From a virus, in IMG/VR virus record IMGVR_UViG_3300021057_000011, positions 1 through 35,725 of that record: a DNA stretch of 35,725 bases. One strand, written 5' to 3'. Positions 8,241 through 15,974 of this stretch are shown one piece after another. The notes beneath the pieces are model-generated. The model was not told the origin of the DNA. It saw only the letters and a program-made list of their open reading frames with translations, and did not search any database. Within the stretch, counting starts at the first letter, position 1. Each line of letters starts with the position of its first letter. The position numbers and the translations under genes were made by a program.

Positions 8241-8989
8241 CGGTAGCTCCTTACATAGTCTCGTGCCGCGGAGCTGAGCTCCGCGCGCACGGTGCTGAAT
8301 TCGGGGTAGCGGCCTTCGAGATCCGCCAGGCGTAGCTGAATGTGCCGGGCCGTCAAGCGGTGGTCGCGGTTCATCTGGGTCCGGGCCTGATGGAAGCTTT
8401 TATGTCGCTCCCGAATATGCCAGTCCAAAGCCTGAGCGAACTGGGTCGAGGGACTTCTGTCGTAAGGGATCCAGCTCTCCGGGTCATGGGGACTGGGGGC
8501 GCCATGAAAGAGCCGATCGAAGGCTTCGGTCTCAGCATAGTACATCAGGACGAAGAACTCCTCCCAGTCACGCTCGGAGGGTTCAATCGGCCTACGCATC
8601 TCTCGCGGCCGCAACACTCCCCATTGCTCCCCGTTGTGAAACGGAACTGTCTCTTCGATGATCATGTAGTGAAGAGTTCTAGAGCGTATGGACATCCAAG
8701 GTCTATGCCGCCGCGGGCGGCGCGAGACGAGCACCTCTGTCAGCTCATTACTCAACTCCATCCAAGCGTACTGAAACGTGTAGGGAGAGCGGCTTGACGG
8801 ATGAAATTCAATTCGCCCCGTACTATCTTGTCCCGCTGCCCAGATCGCCACCCCGTCCCGTATGAAAATGACCGCCACGCCCGCAGAAAGGGAGGTCGTG
8901 ATCTGGAGCTGCAGCTCATTCTGCAGCCCGGCCCGGACAATCTTCCGCCGCAGTTTTTTGGCCTCGCGGTAGAGCCACGACCGGGTCAT
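8237..8989 (-). CDS. Hypothetical protein, AKKLRRKI-leader family member 1 (250 aa)
   Basis: Start MTRSWLY with ATGA overlap and GGAGG; N-terminus paralogous to 8986..9318. Confidence 0.7.
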   Translation of the reverse strand: MTRSWLYREAKKLRRKIVRAGLQNELQLQITTSLSAGVAVIFIRDGVAIWAAGQDSTGRIEFHPSSRSPYTFQYAWMELSNELTEVLVSRRPRRHRPWMSIRSRTLHYMIIEETVPFHNGEQWGVLRPREMRRPIEPSERDWEEFFVLMYYAETEAFDRLFHGAPSPHDPESWIPYDRSPSTQFAQALDWHIRERHKSFHQARTQMNRDHRLTARHIQLRLADLEGRYPEFSTVRAELSSAARDYVRSYR

Positions 8990-9318
8990 GCAGCCCTCCG
9001 TTCTCGTTGCCGCGCAATAAAGGAGTTCAGCAGCTGATCGGCCTGGGTGAAGAAACTTTCCAGCAACGTCTCGGTGGAGGTGTAGTCCAGATCGAAGGGT
9101 CGGCGACCCGTGATGGCGCTGAACCCGCTGGCCGAAATATCCATATCGCACTCCGACAGCTCACTCGTATGGCGGTAATTCCCCATCGGCCGGCTGACCG
9201 TGATCTGCAGGCTTCCAGGGTGGATAGATATCCGAAGCTGCATCTCCCGCTTCAACCCCGCGCGGAAGATCTTGCGGCGGAGCTTCTTGGCCCGTTTGTA
9301 AAGGCGGCCGAGGTTCAT
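8986..9318 (-). CDS. Hypothetical protein, AKKLRRKI-leader family member 2
   Basis: LYKRAKKLRRKIFRAGLKREMQLRI. Confidence 0.7.
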   Translation of the reverse strand: MNLGRLYKRAKKLRRKIFRAGLKREMQLRISIHPGSLQITVSRPMGNYRHTSELSECDMDISASGFSAITGRRPFDLDYTSTETLLESFFTQADQLLNSFIARQRERRAA

Positions 9319-9770
9319 TTCCTATGCCGCCCCACAAGGATTAGAAGCAATGCATCCGCGGCATCGTGGAGGCTCTTGAAGCCAGGCTCCAAATCCTCAG
9401 AGTCTGCCAGCTCATACCCGTACCCGCCGTATTCCAGTTCAAACGCGCGACCCAAATAAGTATTTGCCTCTGAAATCAGGGGCGCATCATGGTCCCCAAT
9501 ATCATAGAGCGACATCTGAAAGGCGTTACCCAAGGAATCCTCATCTGTCTGCCACATCCAAGATTCCGGCTCCTCGTACCAACGAATAGGTTCGTCTACT
9601 ATTATCTCCTCCCGAATCGGGTAGCGAGACAAATCCGCAGGACCTGCCAAGGTCTCCTCTAGGAAAGCGAAAATCGCGGGAAAAAGCGAACTCAACGCAA
9701 CTCCAGGCGGCAGCTCTATCTTTTTCAACTCCTCGAATTCCCGCTCTAGGTTTTCACGGTTGATCGTCAT
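9315..9770 (-). CDS. Acidic hypothetical protein
   Basis: Start MTINRENL; D/E-rich. Confidence 0.7.
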   Translation of the reverse strand: MTINRENLEREFEELKKIELPPGVALSSLFPAIFAFLEETLAGPADLSRYPIREEIIVDEPIRWYEEPESWMWQTDEDSLGNAFQMSLYDIGDHDAPLISEANTYLGRAFELEYGGYGYELADSEDLEPGFKSLHDAADALLLILVGRHRK

Positions 9771-10068
9771 GATCCTGTCCTTTCTTCTGCGCCAGGGTGG
9801 CTTCGACCAGGGCGAAAATGAGGGGGAACTCTGACTGATCCCGTCCATCATCATCCAGGGCAGTAATCAGCTCCCACTTCTCTTTCTCCATCGCCGCAAA
9901 ATCAACGTCTGAATACACGTCCAGGACCCACTGCCACTCGTCCTCCAGCGGAGGTGAACGACGGGCAGACAGTTTCTCGCAGCGGCTGCACGTTGCCACA
10001 CCCGTGGCGATCGGGGGCGGGGGTTTCATGTCTTGAATGTGCCCGCAGTGGGGGCATTTGGCTTTCAT
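9754..10068 (-). CDS. Zn-ribbon protein with acidic C-terminal module
   Basis: MKAKCPHCG...GVATCSRC; ATGA overlap. Confidence 0.7.
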   Translation of the reverse strand: MKAKCPHCGHIQDMKPPPPIATGVATCSRCEKLSARRSPPLEDEWQWVLDVYSDVDFAAMEKEKWELITALDDDGRDQSEFPLIFALVEATLAQKKGQDHDDQP

Positions 10069-10499
10069 GCGTCCGCCCTGCCGCCAAGATAGCCGTTCTC
10101 TTTGAGCAACCCGACCACCGTGGCGATGTTGCCGGCATCGGGATTTCCGGTCCACAGCTCGCGGCTGATCTGAAGCAGCAAATTATCCAGCCGCTCGACC
10201 TTGGCTTCCAGTTCCTCGGGGGTGTCTTCGTGCTTCAAATCGGCGAACATGTCCTCGACCGAAGCATAGGACGTCAGGCCAATGCCCTTGTCACTGTCCT
10301 CGAGAGCCTGGATCGTTTCGGCATTGGGTTCGTGGGAATGGGGGCAAAGGACTATCCAGTTCCACCCGTGAGGTTGGGGATCGACAAAAGGATATTCGTG
10401 ACAAGTGGGACACTGCCGGCGATTCACCACAGCTGTAGGGGTCGCGGGAGTAACATCGATATCAGAGACGGTATCACAATAGGGGCATTGGGCTCTCAT
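10065..10499 (-). CDS. Zn-ribbon protein carrying a DinJ/RelB-like antitoxin C-terminal segment and a coiled coil
   Basis: CPYC...CPTC then EPNAETIQALEDSDKGIGLTSYASVEDMFADL. Confidence 0.7.
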   Translation of the reverse strand: MRAQCPYCDTVSDIDVTPATPTAVVNRRQCPTCHEYPFVDPQPHGWNWIVLCPHSHEPNAETIQALEDSDKGIGLTSYASVEDMFADLKHEDTPEELEAKVERLDNLLLQISRELWTGNPDAGNIATVVGLLKENGYLGGRADA

Positions 10500-10723
10500 G
10501 ATTGCTGTTTCCTTTCGTCGACTTGCCGCAGGGCCTCTTTCAGCATCGCTTCAACTTCGTCCAGGGTGTCGCCGGCATAGAGGGACTGTGTGTAATACCC
10601 TTGTGCCGCGATTTGACTGTCTTGGTCGGCAGTAATCTGGAGCTTCCAACAGAGGAGTTCAGATTGCCCCTCGGGTTGAACGGAATACAGGGAGACGTGG
10701 GTCATAGGCTTCCTCACATGCAT
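10496..10723 (-). CDS. HicB-like (antitoxin N-terminal fold) small protein
   Basis: WKLQITADQDSQIAAQG...LYAGDTLDEVEAMLKEAL fits the beta-beta-beta-G.T.EE....KEA pattern. Confidence 0.5.
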   Translation of the reverse strand: MHVRKPMTHVSLYSVQPEGQSELLCWKLQITADQDSQIAAQGYYTQSLYAGDTLDEVEAMLKEALRQVDERKQQS

Positions 10724-10772
10724 AGGGATCTAGTTTAGCCCCTCGAAAGGGGCAAGAGGTATCTGGACCCTC

Positions 10773-11144
10773 TCAGGGGGCAGAGGGGCCTTCTTGGACC
10801 TCTGAGAGGCTCTGGTGGGGCTCCCGGATCGCTTCGAAAAGGACCAGCAACAACCGGTAAGCTGTATCCGGATCGCCGGTCATCTCTCGCAGGTACTCGG
10901 TCCAGTAAATCGGGTCAAAGGGCAGCTTCTCCCGCCGCCTGAGGCGATAATGGCGCCAGAGCGACTTCCACTGCACCCGGGCCCGGTAGGACAGTTCCGC
11001 AGGGTCAGGTCCAACGGGTTTGATGATCACCGCCCGCCGCGGCTGGATAATGCCAAACCCACGGTGCGCAATCCAGGTAGGAACGACATAGGACAGTTCG
11101 GGGGGCTTTGAAATGGCGAATTCGCGGGGCAAAATTAAATTCAC
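10773..11144 (-). CDS. Hypothetical protein
   Basis: GTG start with TAGTG coupling and GGAGG RBS. Confidence 0.6.
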   Translation of the reverse strand: MNLILPREFAISKPPELSYVVPTWIAHRGFGIIQPRRAVIIKPVGPDPAELSYRARVQWKSLWRHYRLRRREKLPFDPIYWTEYLREMTGDPDTAYRLLLVLFEAIREPHQSLSEVQEGPSAP

Positions 11145-11398
11145 TAGCGCCCCTCCTTGAGATCGGTGATCAGCATAGCCCAAAAGCAGACGGCTTCCCG
11201 CTGCTCATAGGGCATGTTCTTCGTCACCGGCTGAAAGGCCTGCATCTGCGCACGGAAGTAGGCCTCCAGCATCGTGTCGTAATTCGCTTTGCTGCTGGCG
11301 GCGCAATAAATATCCTCGCAGTGCATCAGCTTCTCGCGGGTGAGAAGGTGGGGGAATTTGCGGTGGTACTCCGCCAGGGCGTTGGGGGTCAGGCTCAT
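11144..11398 (-). CDS. Hypothetical protein
   Basis: 84 aa, coupled. Confidence 0.7.
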   Translation of the reverse strand: MSLTPNALAEYHRKFPHLLTREKLMHCEDIYCAASSKANYDTMLEAYFRAQMQAFQPVTKNMPYEQREAVCFWAMLITDLKEGR

Positions 11399-11613
11399 AT
11401 CAGCTCCCAGGAGGGATCTTCAATCCGCACGATGAACCTTGCGACTTTCTCCGCGGAGGCTTGAAACACATCCATCGGCATAGCAGGTAACTCATCCAGC
11501 CGGCGGGAGGGGGTGTACCTGCATTTCTGACAGGTCGCCACCCCGTTGAAGACGGTTACCGCAGAAGGTTCACCGCAGTGCGGACAATCCAGGTAAATAG
11601 GGGTATGTCTCAT
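11395..11613 (-). CDS. Zn-ribbon protein, paralog of 9754..10068, with possible DUF1778/TacA-like tail
   Basis: CPHCG...GVATCQKC...SRR; tail DVFQASAEKVARFIVRIEDP. Confidence 0.65.
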   Translation of the reverse strand: MRHTPIYLDCPHCGEPSAVTVFNGVATCQKCRYTPSRRLDELPAMPMDVFQASAEKVARFIVRIEDPSWELI

Positions 11614-11909
11614 ACCAGGTCCCAAAACTCCTCATCAACCATGTTCACAAATTCAGGCGGGCAGTCTTCCATCCCCGCCGCCAACGTATGGTAGAAATCG
11701 TGCAGGATCTGCAGCTGCTCGGCTTCGGTATAGCGCAGCACAGGTTTTGGCTGTGGCGCAGGGGTGGCGATGTACTCGGCAGGGGTGGACCGCTGCGACG
11801 ACTGGACCATCTCCTGCAGCCGCTTCAAGGTCGCCGGATGGGTGGTGTGCGCGTCGATAATGTGCCCCTCGGAGGGGCGGTAGGTCCGGGCAATCACGCA
11901 ATGCTCCAT
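11610..11909 (-). CDS. Hypothetical protein with acidic amphipathic C-terminus
   Basis: 99 aa; ...PPEFVNMVDEEFWDLV. Confidence 0.7.
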   Translation of the reverse strand: MEHCVIARTYRPSEGHIIDAHTTHPATLKRLQEMVQSSQRSTPAEYIATPAPQPKPVLRYTEAEQLQILHDFYHTLAAGMEDCPPEFVNMVDEEFWDLV

Positions 11910-12109
11910 TTCGTCAGCTCGGGCTTGGTGTCGAGAATATCGACCTCCTCGGCCGTGGCGGGATCCACCTGGTCGAGGATTTGCTTGCTGCGCCGGCGGT
12001 AGTGACGCTTGGCTTCCGCCTTGCGGCGTTTCATTTCCGTGCGGCCAATGCAGACCACATCCTTAGCGCGTTTGGTATCCTGGGTCACTCGAAACTTTTC
12101 GCGGGCCAT
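11894..12109 (-). CDS. Small basic protein
   Basis: GGAGG before MAREKF; KRRKAEAKRHYRRRSK. Confidence 0.7.
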   Translation of the reverse strand: MAREKFRVTQDTKRAKDVVCIGRTEMKRRKAEAKRHYRRRSKQILDQVDPATAEEVDILDTKPELTKWSIA

Positions 12110-12133
12110 AGACTCCTCCAGGGGATTGAGATG

Positions 12134-12167
12134 AAAAAAAGCCGGGGGAGGAAGCAATTCCCCCGGC
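12134..12167 (-). terminator. Rho-independent terminator
   Basis: GCCGGGGGA...TCCCCCGGC followed by T7. Confidence 0.8.
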
Positions 12168-12186
12168 CCCGTCGCAAACAGAAAGG

Positions 12187-12690
12187 CTACTTGTACGCCG
12201 CTTGCAATTCAGCGGCAAAGGCGGCCAGGGCCAGGTACTCTTCCTCGTGAATGACGAGGATATAGTCACCGGTGTCTTCTTCGGCCCAGGGCTCGCCGAT
12301 AATTTGCCGGGCACGAGCACGCACACCCGGCTTTTCCAGATGGGTTTCGATTACGGCGATGGCGGCGAGAAGCTTGTCGAAGGCATCATCATCGCCGCTT
12401 TCAGCAGAGGCGCCCCCCTCTTCGACAGCATCCTCCTCGTCCTCATCGGCACTCAGCAAGATGCCCTTCCAGGGCCAGATGTTGGAGCAATACTGCTCGG
12501 GCACAAACTGCCAGACGGTGAACATAAAGTCGATGACCCGTTGGTCTTGTTCATCTTGTGCCGCTTCCAGGTCTTGCGCCGAGGGCACAGGAACCTCTTG
12601 GACAACGAGCTCATCGGCACCGGTGCCGGTATCGACCCCCATCGTATGGGGGGCATCGGGATAGGCAAAACGTCTCGGGTCAGTGGTCAT
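12187..12690 (-). CDS. Highly acidic hypothetical protein
   Basis: 167 aa; ADEDEEDAVEE...SGDDDA; AAGGAG RBS. Confidence 0.75.
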   Translation of the reverse strand: MTTDPRRFAYPDAPHTMGVDTGTGADELVVQEVPVPSAQDLEAAQDEQDQRVIDFMFTVWQFVPEQYCSNIWPWKGILLSADEDEEDAVEEGGASAESGDDDAFDKLLAAIAVIETHLEKPGVRARARQIIGEPWAEEDTGDYILVIHEEEYLALAAFAAELQAAYK

Positions 12691-12850
12691 CGGAAGACTC
12701 CTTCTTACGTGTGGATTTGGGGTGAATCGGCCGGTTGCGTCCCAGCCCGGTCTCGAAGCGTTCGATCAGGTTGAAGCTGCAGCGCAGGCCCAGGTACGCA
12801 TCGCAAAAGTCCTGAAAAAGGAGGGCATAGACTTCCTCTTCAGGGCTCAC
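12680..12850 (-). CDS. Hypothetical 56-aa protein (absent from track)
   Basis: GTG start MSPEEEVYALLFQDFCDAYLGL...; GTGA overlap. Confidence 0.5.
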   Translation of the reverse strand: MSPEEEVYALLFQDFCDAYLGLRCSFNLIERFETGLGRNRPIHPKSTRKKESSDDH

Positions 12851-13203
12851 GAGACTTTCTCCAGCTCAGCGACCTCGTGGATTTCCCGCTTGATGCTGCA
12901 GCCGACCTGCCACTCTTTGAGGCAAAGCTCCCCCACGGGCGGATCGTCCTGGATGCGGGCGAGAAAGGCCTGCCGGGAATCGGTCACGAGCAGGGCCCGG
13001 ACCAGGGTGAGCAGAACAATGGAGTAGGGGGTGGTGGGATCGTGGCGCAGGAGGATTTCCTGCTGCCGCTGAAAGGCCCGCTGGGCGGTGTGGGCACTCA
13101 TGCCGAGGCCCACCTGGACCTTTTCCACCAGGCAGAAGGTCCAGTCCTGCTGGACGAGGTAGGCCTGGAGCAGGTCGACGAGATCATGACGCAGCGTACT
13201 CAT
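12847..13203 (-). CDS. Hypothetical protein
   Basis: 118 aa, ATGA overlap. Confidence 0.7.
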   Translation of the reverse strand: MSTLRHDLVDLLQAYLVQQDWTFCLVEKVQVGLGMSAHTAQRAFQRQQEILLRHDPTTPYSIVLLTLVRALLVTDSRQAFLARIQDDPPVGELCLKEWQVGCSIKREIHEVAELEKVS

Positions 13204-13583
13204 ACCCGAAGGATTTCCGTCTCAAAACGGGCGTGCAAGTGGTCGACATAGGCCTGCGGCTCAGCCGAAGAGATGGGGCGCTTCGCAGCCAAATAGGCCC
13301 GTAAGATGGCCAGATAGTTGATGGCGTCGAGGAGGGTGTCGTCGAGGGATTCGTCCGTCACCGCCGGCGCTTTGCCGCCGATCAAATTGCTCAGGCGGGC
13401 GAACTTGTCGCATAAGCGAACCATGATGCCGGTTTCCACGGAGGTGAGGTCCAGGTGGCCGACCAAGCGGAAGTTCTTGAAGGGGTCGGAATCGGCCCCG
13501 TAATCCTGGTTCTTCTTGGTGACGATGGCGAGGGCCTCGGCGTAGGTCTTTTCTAAGTGCTGGACGAATTGGGTTCGGTTCAT
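13200..13583 (-). CDS. Nucleotide modification associated domain 1 (DUF1599/Nmad1, MazG-like) protein
   Basis: KKNQDYG...PFKNF...GIMVRLCDKFARL.NL...DESLDDTLLDAINY signature. Confidence 0.85.
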   Translation of the reverse strand: MNRTQFVQHLEKTYAEALAIVTKKNQDYGADSDPFKNFRLVGHLDLTSVETGIMVRLCDKFARLSNLIGGKAPAVTDESLDDTLLDAINYLAILRAYLAAKRPISSAEPQAYVDHLHARFETEILRV

Positions 13584-13831
13584 TCTGTCTCCTTGGGTTG
13601 CTGCTCGAGTTTAGCGAGGCACTCCGCATGCAGCTGGGCCAATTGCTTGAAGGCAAAGGCCATCCGCATGGGGGAGTAGCCAAAATGAGGGATGATGGTG
13701 AGTTCGTCGGTGAGATGGGAGGGGAAGTAGCGTTCCCGCTCGGCTTTCTGTGCCGCCACAAAGTCATTCAGCGGCGGGGATTGAAACATGCCGTGGGTCT
13801 TGGCGTGGTGGTTGAGCAGCGGTTCAGCCAT
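13580..13831 (-). CDS. Hypothetical protein
   Basis: Start MAEPLL assumed; ATGA overlap at 3' end. Confidence 0.6.
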   Translation of the reverse strand: MAEPLLNHHAKTHGMFQSPPLNDFVAAQKAERERYFPSHLTDELTIIPHFGYSPMRMAFAFKQLAQLHAECLAKLEQQPKETE

Positions 13832-13887
13832 AGGAGCATCCTTTTGGGTGAGGGATCCTCCTATTCTGGCCGATTGCCGCGGGGGAA

Positions 13888-14220
13888 TCAATGCATTTTT
13901 TCGTGCCAGGGTTCCACCTTTTGCTTCCAGAGTTTCAGCCACTGCCGCACGCCTGAGCCCAGCGGGCCGCTGACATCCGCCCAGGGGTTGTCAGCAGGAT
14001 GTAGCTCGAGGTGGTGGAAATGCCGCTCGATTTGCCCCTTGAGATCGTTGTAGAGAATCTGGCGGCAGTAATCCCCCAGCGCCTCGAAGTGGACAAAGAG
14101 CCAGTCCGCGGTGTGTTCCGAAATGCCGCCGGATTGGCGAGCAAAAGCGTGGCGCCAGGCGGAGATCAGGACATCGTCGGGGACAGCCGAGAGGGTGTTG
14201 TGGGCGGCAGGAAAGGTCAT
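13888..14220 (-). CDS. Hypothetical protein
   Basis: 110 aa, ATGA overlap. Confidence 0.65.
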   Translation of the reverse strand: MTFPAAHNTLSAVPDDVLISAWRHAFARQSGGISEHTADWLFVHFEALGDYCRQILYNDLKGQIERHFHHLELHPADNPWADVSGPLGSGVRQWLKLWKQKVEPWHEKMH

Positions 14221-14597
14221 TTTTCAAGCAGCCCCCAGTCCTGCAGCTTGTAAATCATATCGCCACCGATGTCTTTGCACAGTCGGTCCCGGACCTGGGC
14301 CGGCAGGACGTCTTGATCGGGATACGGCCGTTTGGCGGCGGCAAGGGAAGCGTTCACCATCGCCACCAGCTCGTCGAGAAGGGCCTGGGCATCGGGCATC
14401 TGCGGCAGCAGGATCACCTGTTTCGTGGCGTGGAAGAAAATCTGGGGTCCGTCGGTGGACGCCAGCACCCCCAGCAGCTGCGAGGAGATCTCGCGGATCT
14501 CCCACACCGTGCCCGAACCGGGGAGGGTGAATCGCCGCCCGATCAGGGCCGTTCTGTACCGGTCGATCAAGACCTGAATCGTCACGGGCTCAGACAT
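14217..14597 (-). CDS. Hypothetical protein
   Basis: 126 aa, AAGGAG RBS. Confidence 0.7.
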   Translation of the reverse strand: MSEPVTIQVLIDRYRTALIGRRFTLPGSGTVWEIREISSQLLGVLASTDGPQIFFHATKQVILLPQMPDAQALLDELVAMVNASLAAAKRPYPDQDVLPAQVRDRLCKDIGGDMIYKLQDWGLLEK

Positions 14598-14943
14598 GGG
14601 CCTGCTCCTTTTCGATAAGTTTAAACCGTCCGTCGAGGCTGCTGAAGCTGCCTTGGATCAGCTCGGTGCCTTGGCGGTCGCTAAACTGGACTGAGGCCAT
14701 CTGAGACACGGAGCTTGTGGCTTTCACCACCCCTCTGCGGCCGCAATACAAAATCTCATCGCGCGGCTCGAGGATATGAAAGGTAACGGTTTCAATCTCT
14801 CCGACTTCCCCGTTGCAGCGCTCAGCTTTTTCAAGAGCCTCTTGCAGAATACCGTCCGCCTCGGGGCACTCCCGCAACCAAGGACCATAAGGATTTCCTG
14901 GCCGATCATGCCAGTGGATGCGCTGCCAGGTGTGATGTTTCAT
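14590..14943 (-). CDS. Hypothetical protein
   Basis: 117 aa, AAGGAG RBS. Confidence 0.7.
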   Translation of the reverse strand: MKHHTWQRIHWHDRPGNPYGPWLRECPEADGILQEALEKAERCNGEVGEIETVTFHILEPRDEILYCGRRGVVKATSSVSQMASVQFSDRQGTELIQGSFSSLDGRFKLIEKEQAHV

Positions 14944-15203
14944 AGGGTTTGCTCCTTTTGCTGAACCTCTTCATAGATGTCGCGCGCCATCAGGATGCAG
15001 ATGGTCCGCTTGGTCGTATGGATGGAGTCTTGTCCGCCAAAATCCACTTCCAGCGCCGTCTGGTGTTCTACAAAGCGCCGGGTGAATTCTGTTCGATCCA
15101 TCTCCAGCAACGTGTCGACCAAGGCCTTGTGCAGGTCGGTTGCCGTCGGGGCTTTGAACCACAGGTGGACCAAGACCGTGTATTCAAGCTCCGTGAGTCG
15201 CAT
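14940..15203 (-). CDS. Hypothetical protein
   Basis: Start MRLTELEY with AAGGAG RBS. Confidence 0.65.
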   Translation of the reverse strand: MRLTELEYTVLVHLWFKAPTATDLHKALVDTLLEMDRTEFTRRFVEHQTALEVDFGGQDSIHTTKRTICILMARDIYEEVQQKEQTL

Positions 15204-15603
15204 CGGCGTGCTCCTTTTGCCGCTCGTGTGCCCATACCTTGCGGCGCCAGTAATTGTAGTTCTGGCGCTCCAGATCGAAGCCCACCGGATCCATCTGCCG
15301 CCACTGTGCCGCACCGGTAAAAACGGACGGCCACAGGGCCTTTTCGCGGATGTAGGCTTCAAAGGCGTCCAGATCCAAATGCGCCGGCGGCGGAATGATC
15401 TTCTCCACCGCTTCCCGGCAGTGCACACAAAACACCCCGGGACGCTCGGGATCCAGGGTAAAATCGGATTCGTCCTGAGCATCCCCTTCGCCGGTTTCTC
15501 CGTCCGGGTAGACCTCAATCTCATAGAGCCTGTGCTCGATTTCGAACTGAAAGAAATGCTCTCCGTTATCGCATTTCAGGCAGTAGTACTGGGGTTCAGG
15601 CAT
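15184..15603 (-). CDS. Acidic Zn-ribbon protein with C-terminal extension
   Basis: MPEPQYYCLKCDNGEHF...GVFCVHC; AGGAGG RBS. Confidence 0.7.
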   Translation of the reverse strand: MPEPQYYCLKCDNGEHFFQFEIEHRLYEIEVYPDGETGEGDAQDESDFTLDPERPGVFCVHCREAVEKIIPPPAHLDLDAFEAYIREKALWPSVFTGAAQWRQMDPVGFDLERQNYNYWRRKVWAHERQKEHADATHGA

Positions 15604-15805
15604 CGCTTTCCTCCTGAGCGTCAATCTCATCCGCCGGCGCATTGCAGTGGCGACACAAAACCCCACTGCAATCAATAGACTCCTCGCTCTTGGTCGTGAT
15701 GTACTCACCGAATTTATCGACAATATTAATCTGCCGCACGGTATCGTCTTCCCAAAAATCGTCACCGTTGTGACAACGGTGACAAAAATACTGTTTATCC
15801 GGCAT
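15596..15805 (-). CDS. Acidic Zn-ribbon protein
   Basis: MPDKQYFCHRCHNGDDF...GVLCRHC. Confidence 0.75.
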   Translation of the reverse strand: MPDKQYFCHRCHNGDDFWEDDTVRQINIVDKFGEYITTKSEESIDCSGVLCRHCNAPADEIDAQEESDA

Positions 15806-15974
15806 AAGCGTCCTCCGGTCGTACCACTTCCCGGATTTCCGACAGGAAAAGCTCGTCCAGGATGTCCTGTTTGCTTAGCTTGTCCAGCTTTAGCTCCGCC
15901 CGATGATTCGCTTCGTCTTGGCTCTCGGCGTCCACCGTGATCTGAAGCTCATAGCTGACGATGTACCGTTTCAT
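15795..15974 (-). CDS. Small acidic protein
   Basis: MKRYIVSYELQITVDAESQDEA; ATGA overlap. Confidence 0.65.
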   Translation of the reverse strand: MKRYIVSYELQITVDAESQDEANHRAELKLDKLSKQDILDELFLSEIREVVRPEDAYAG

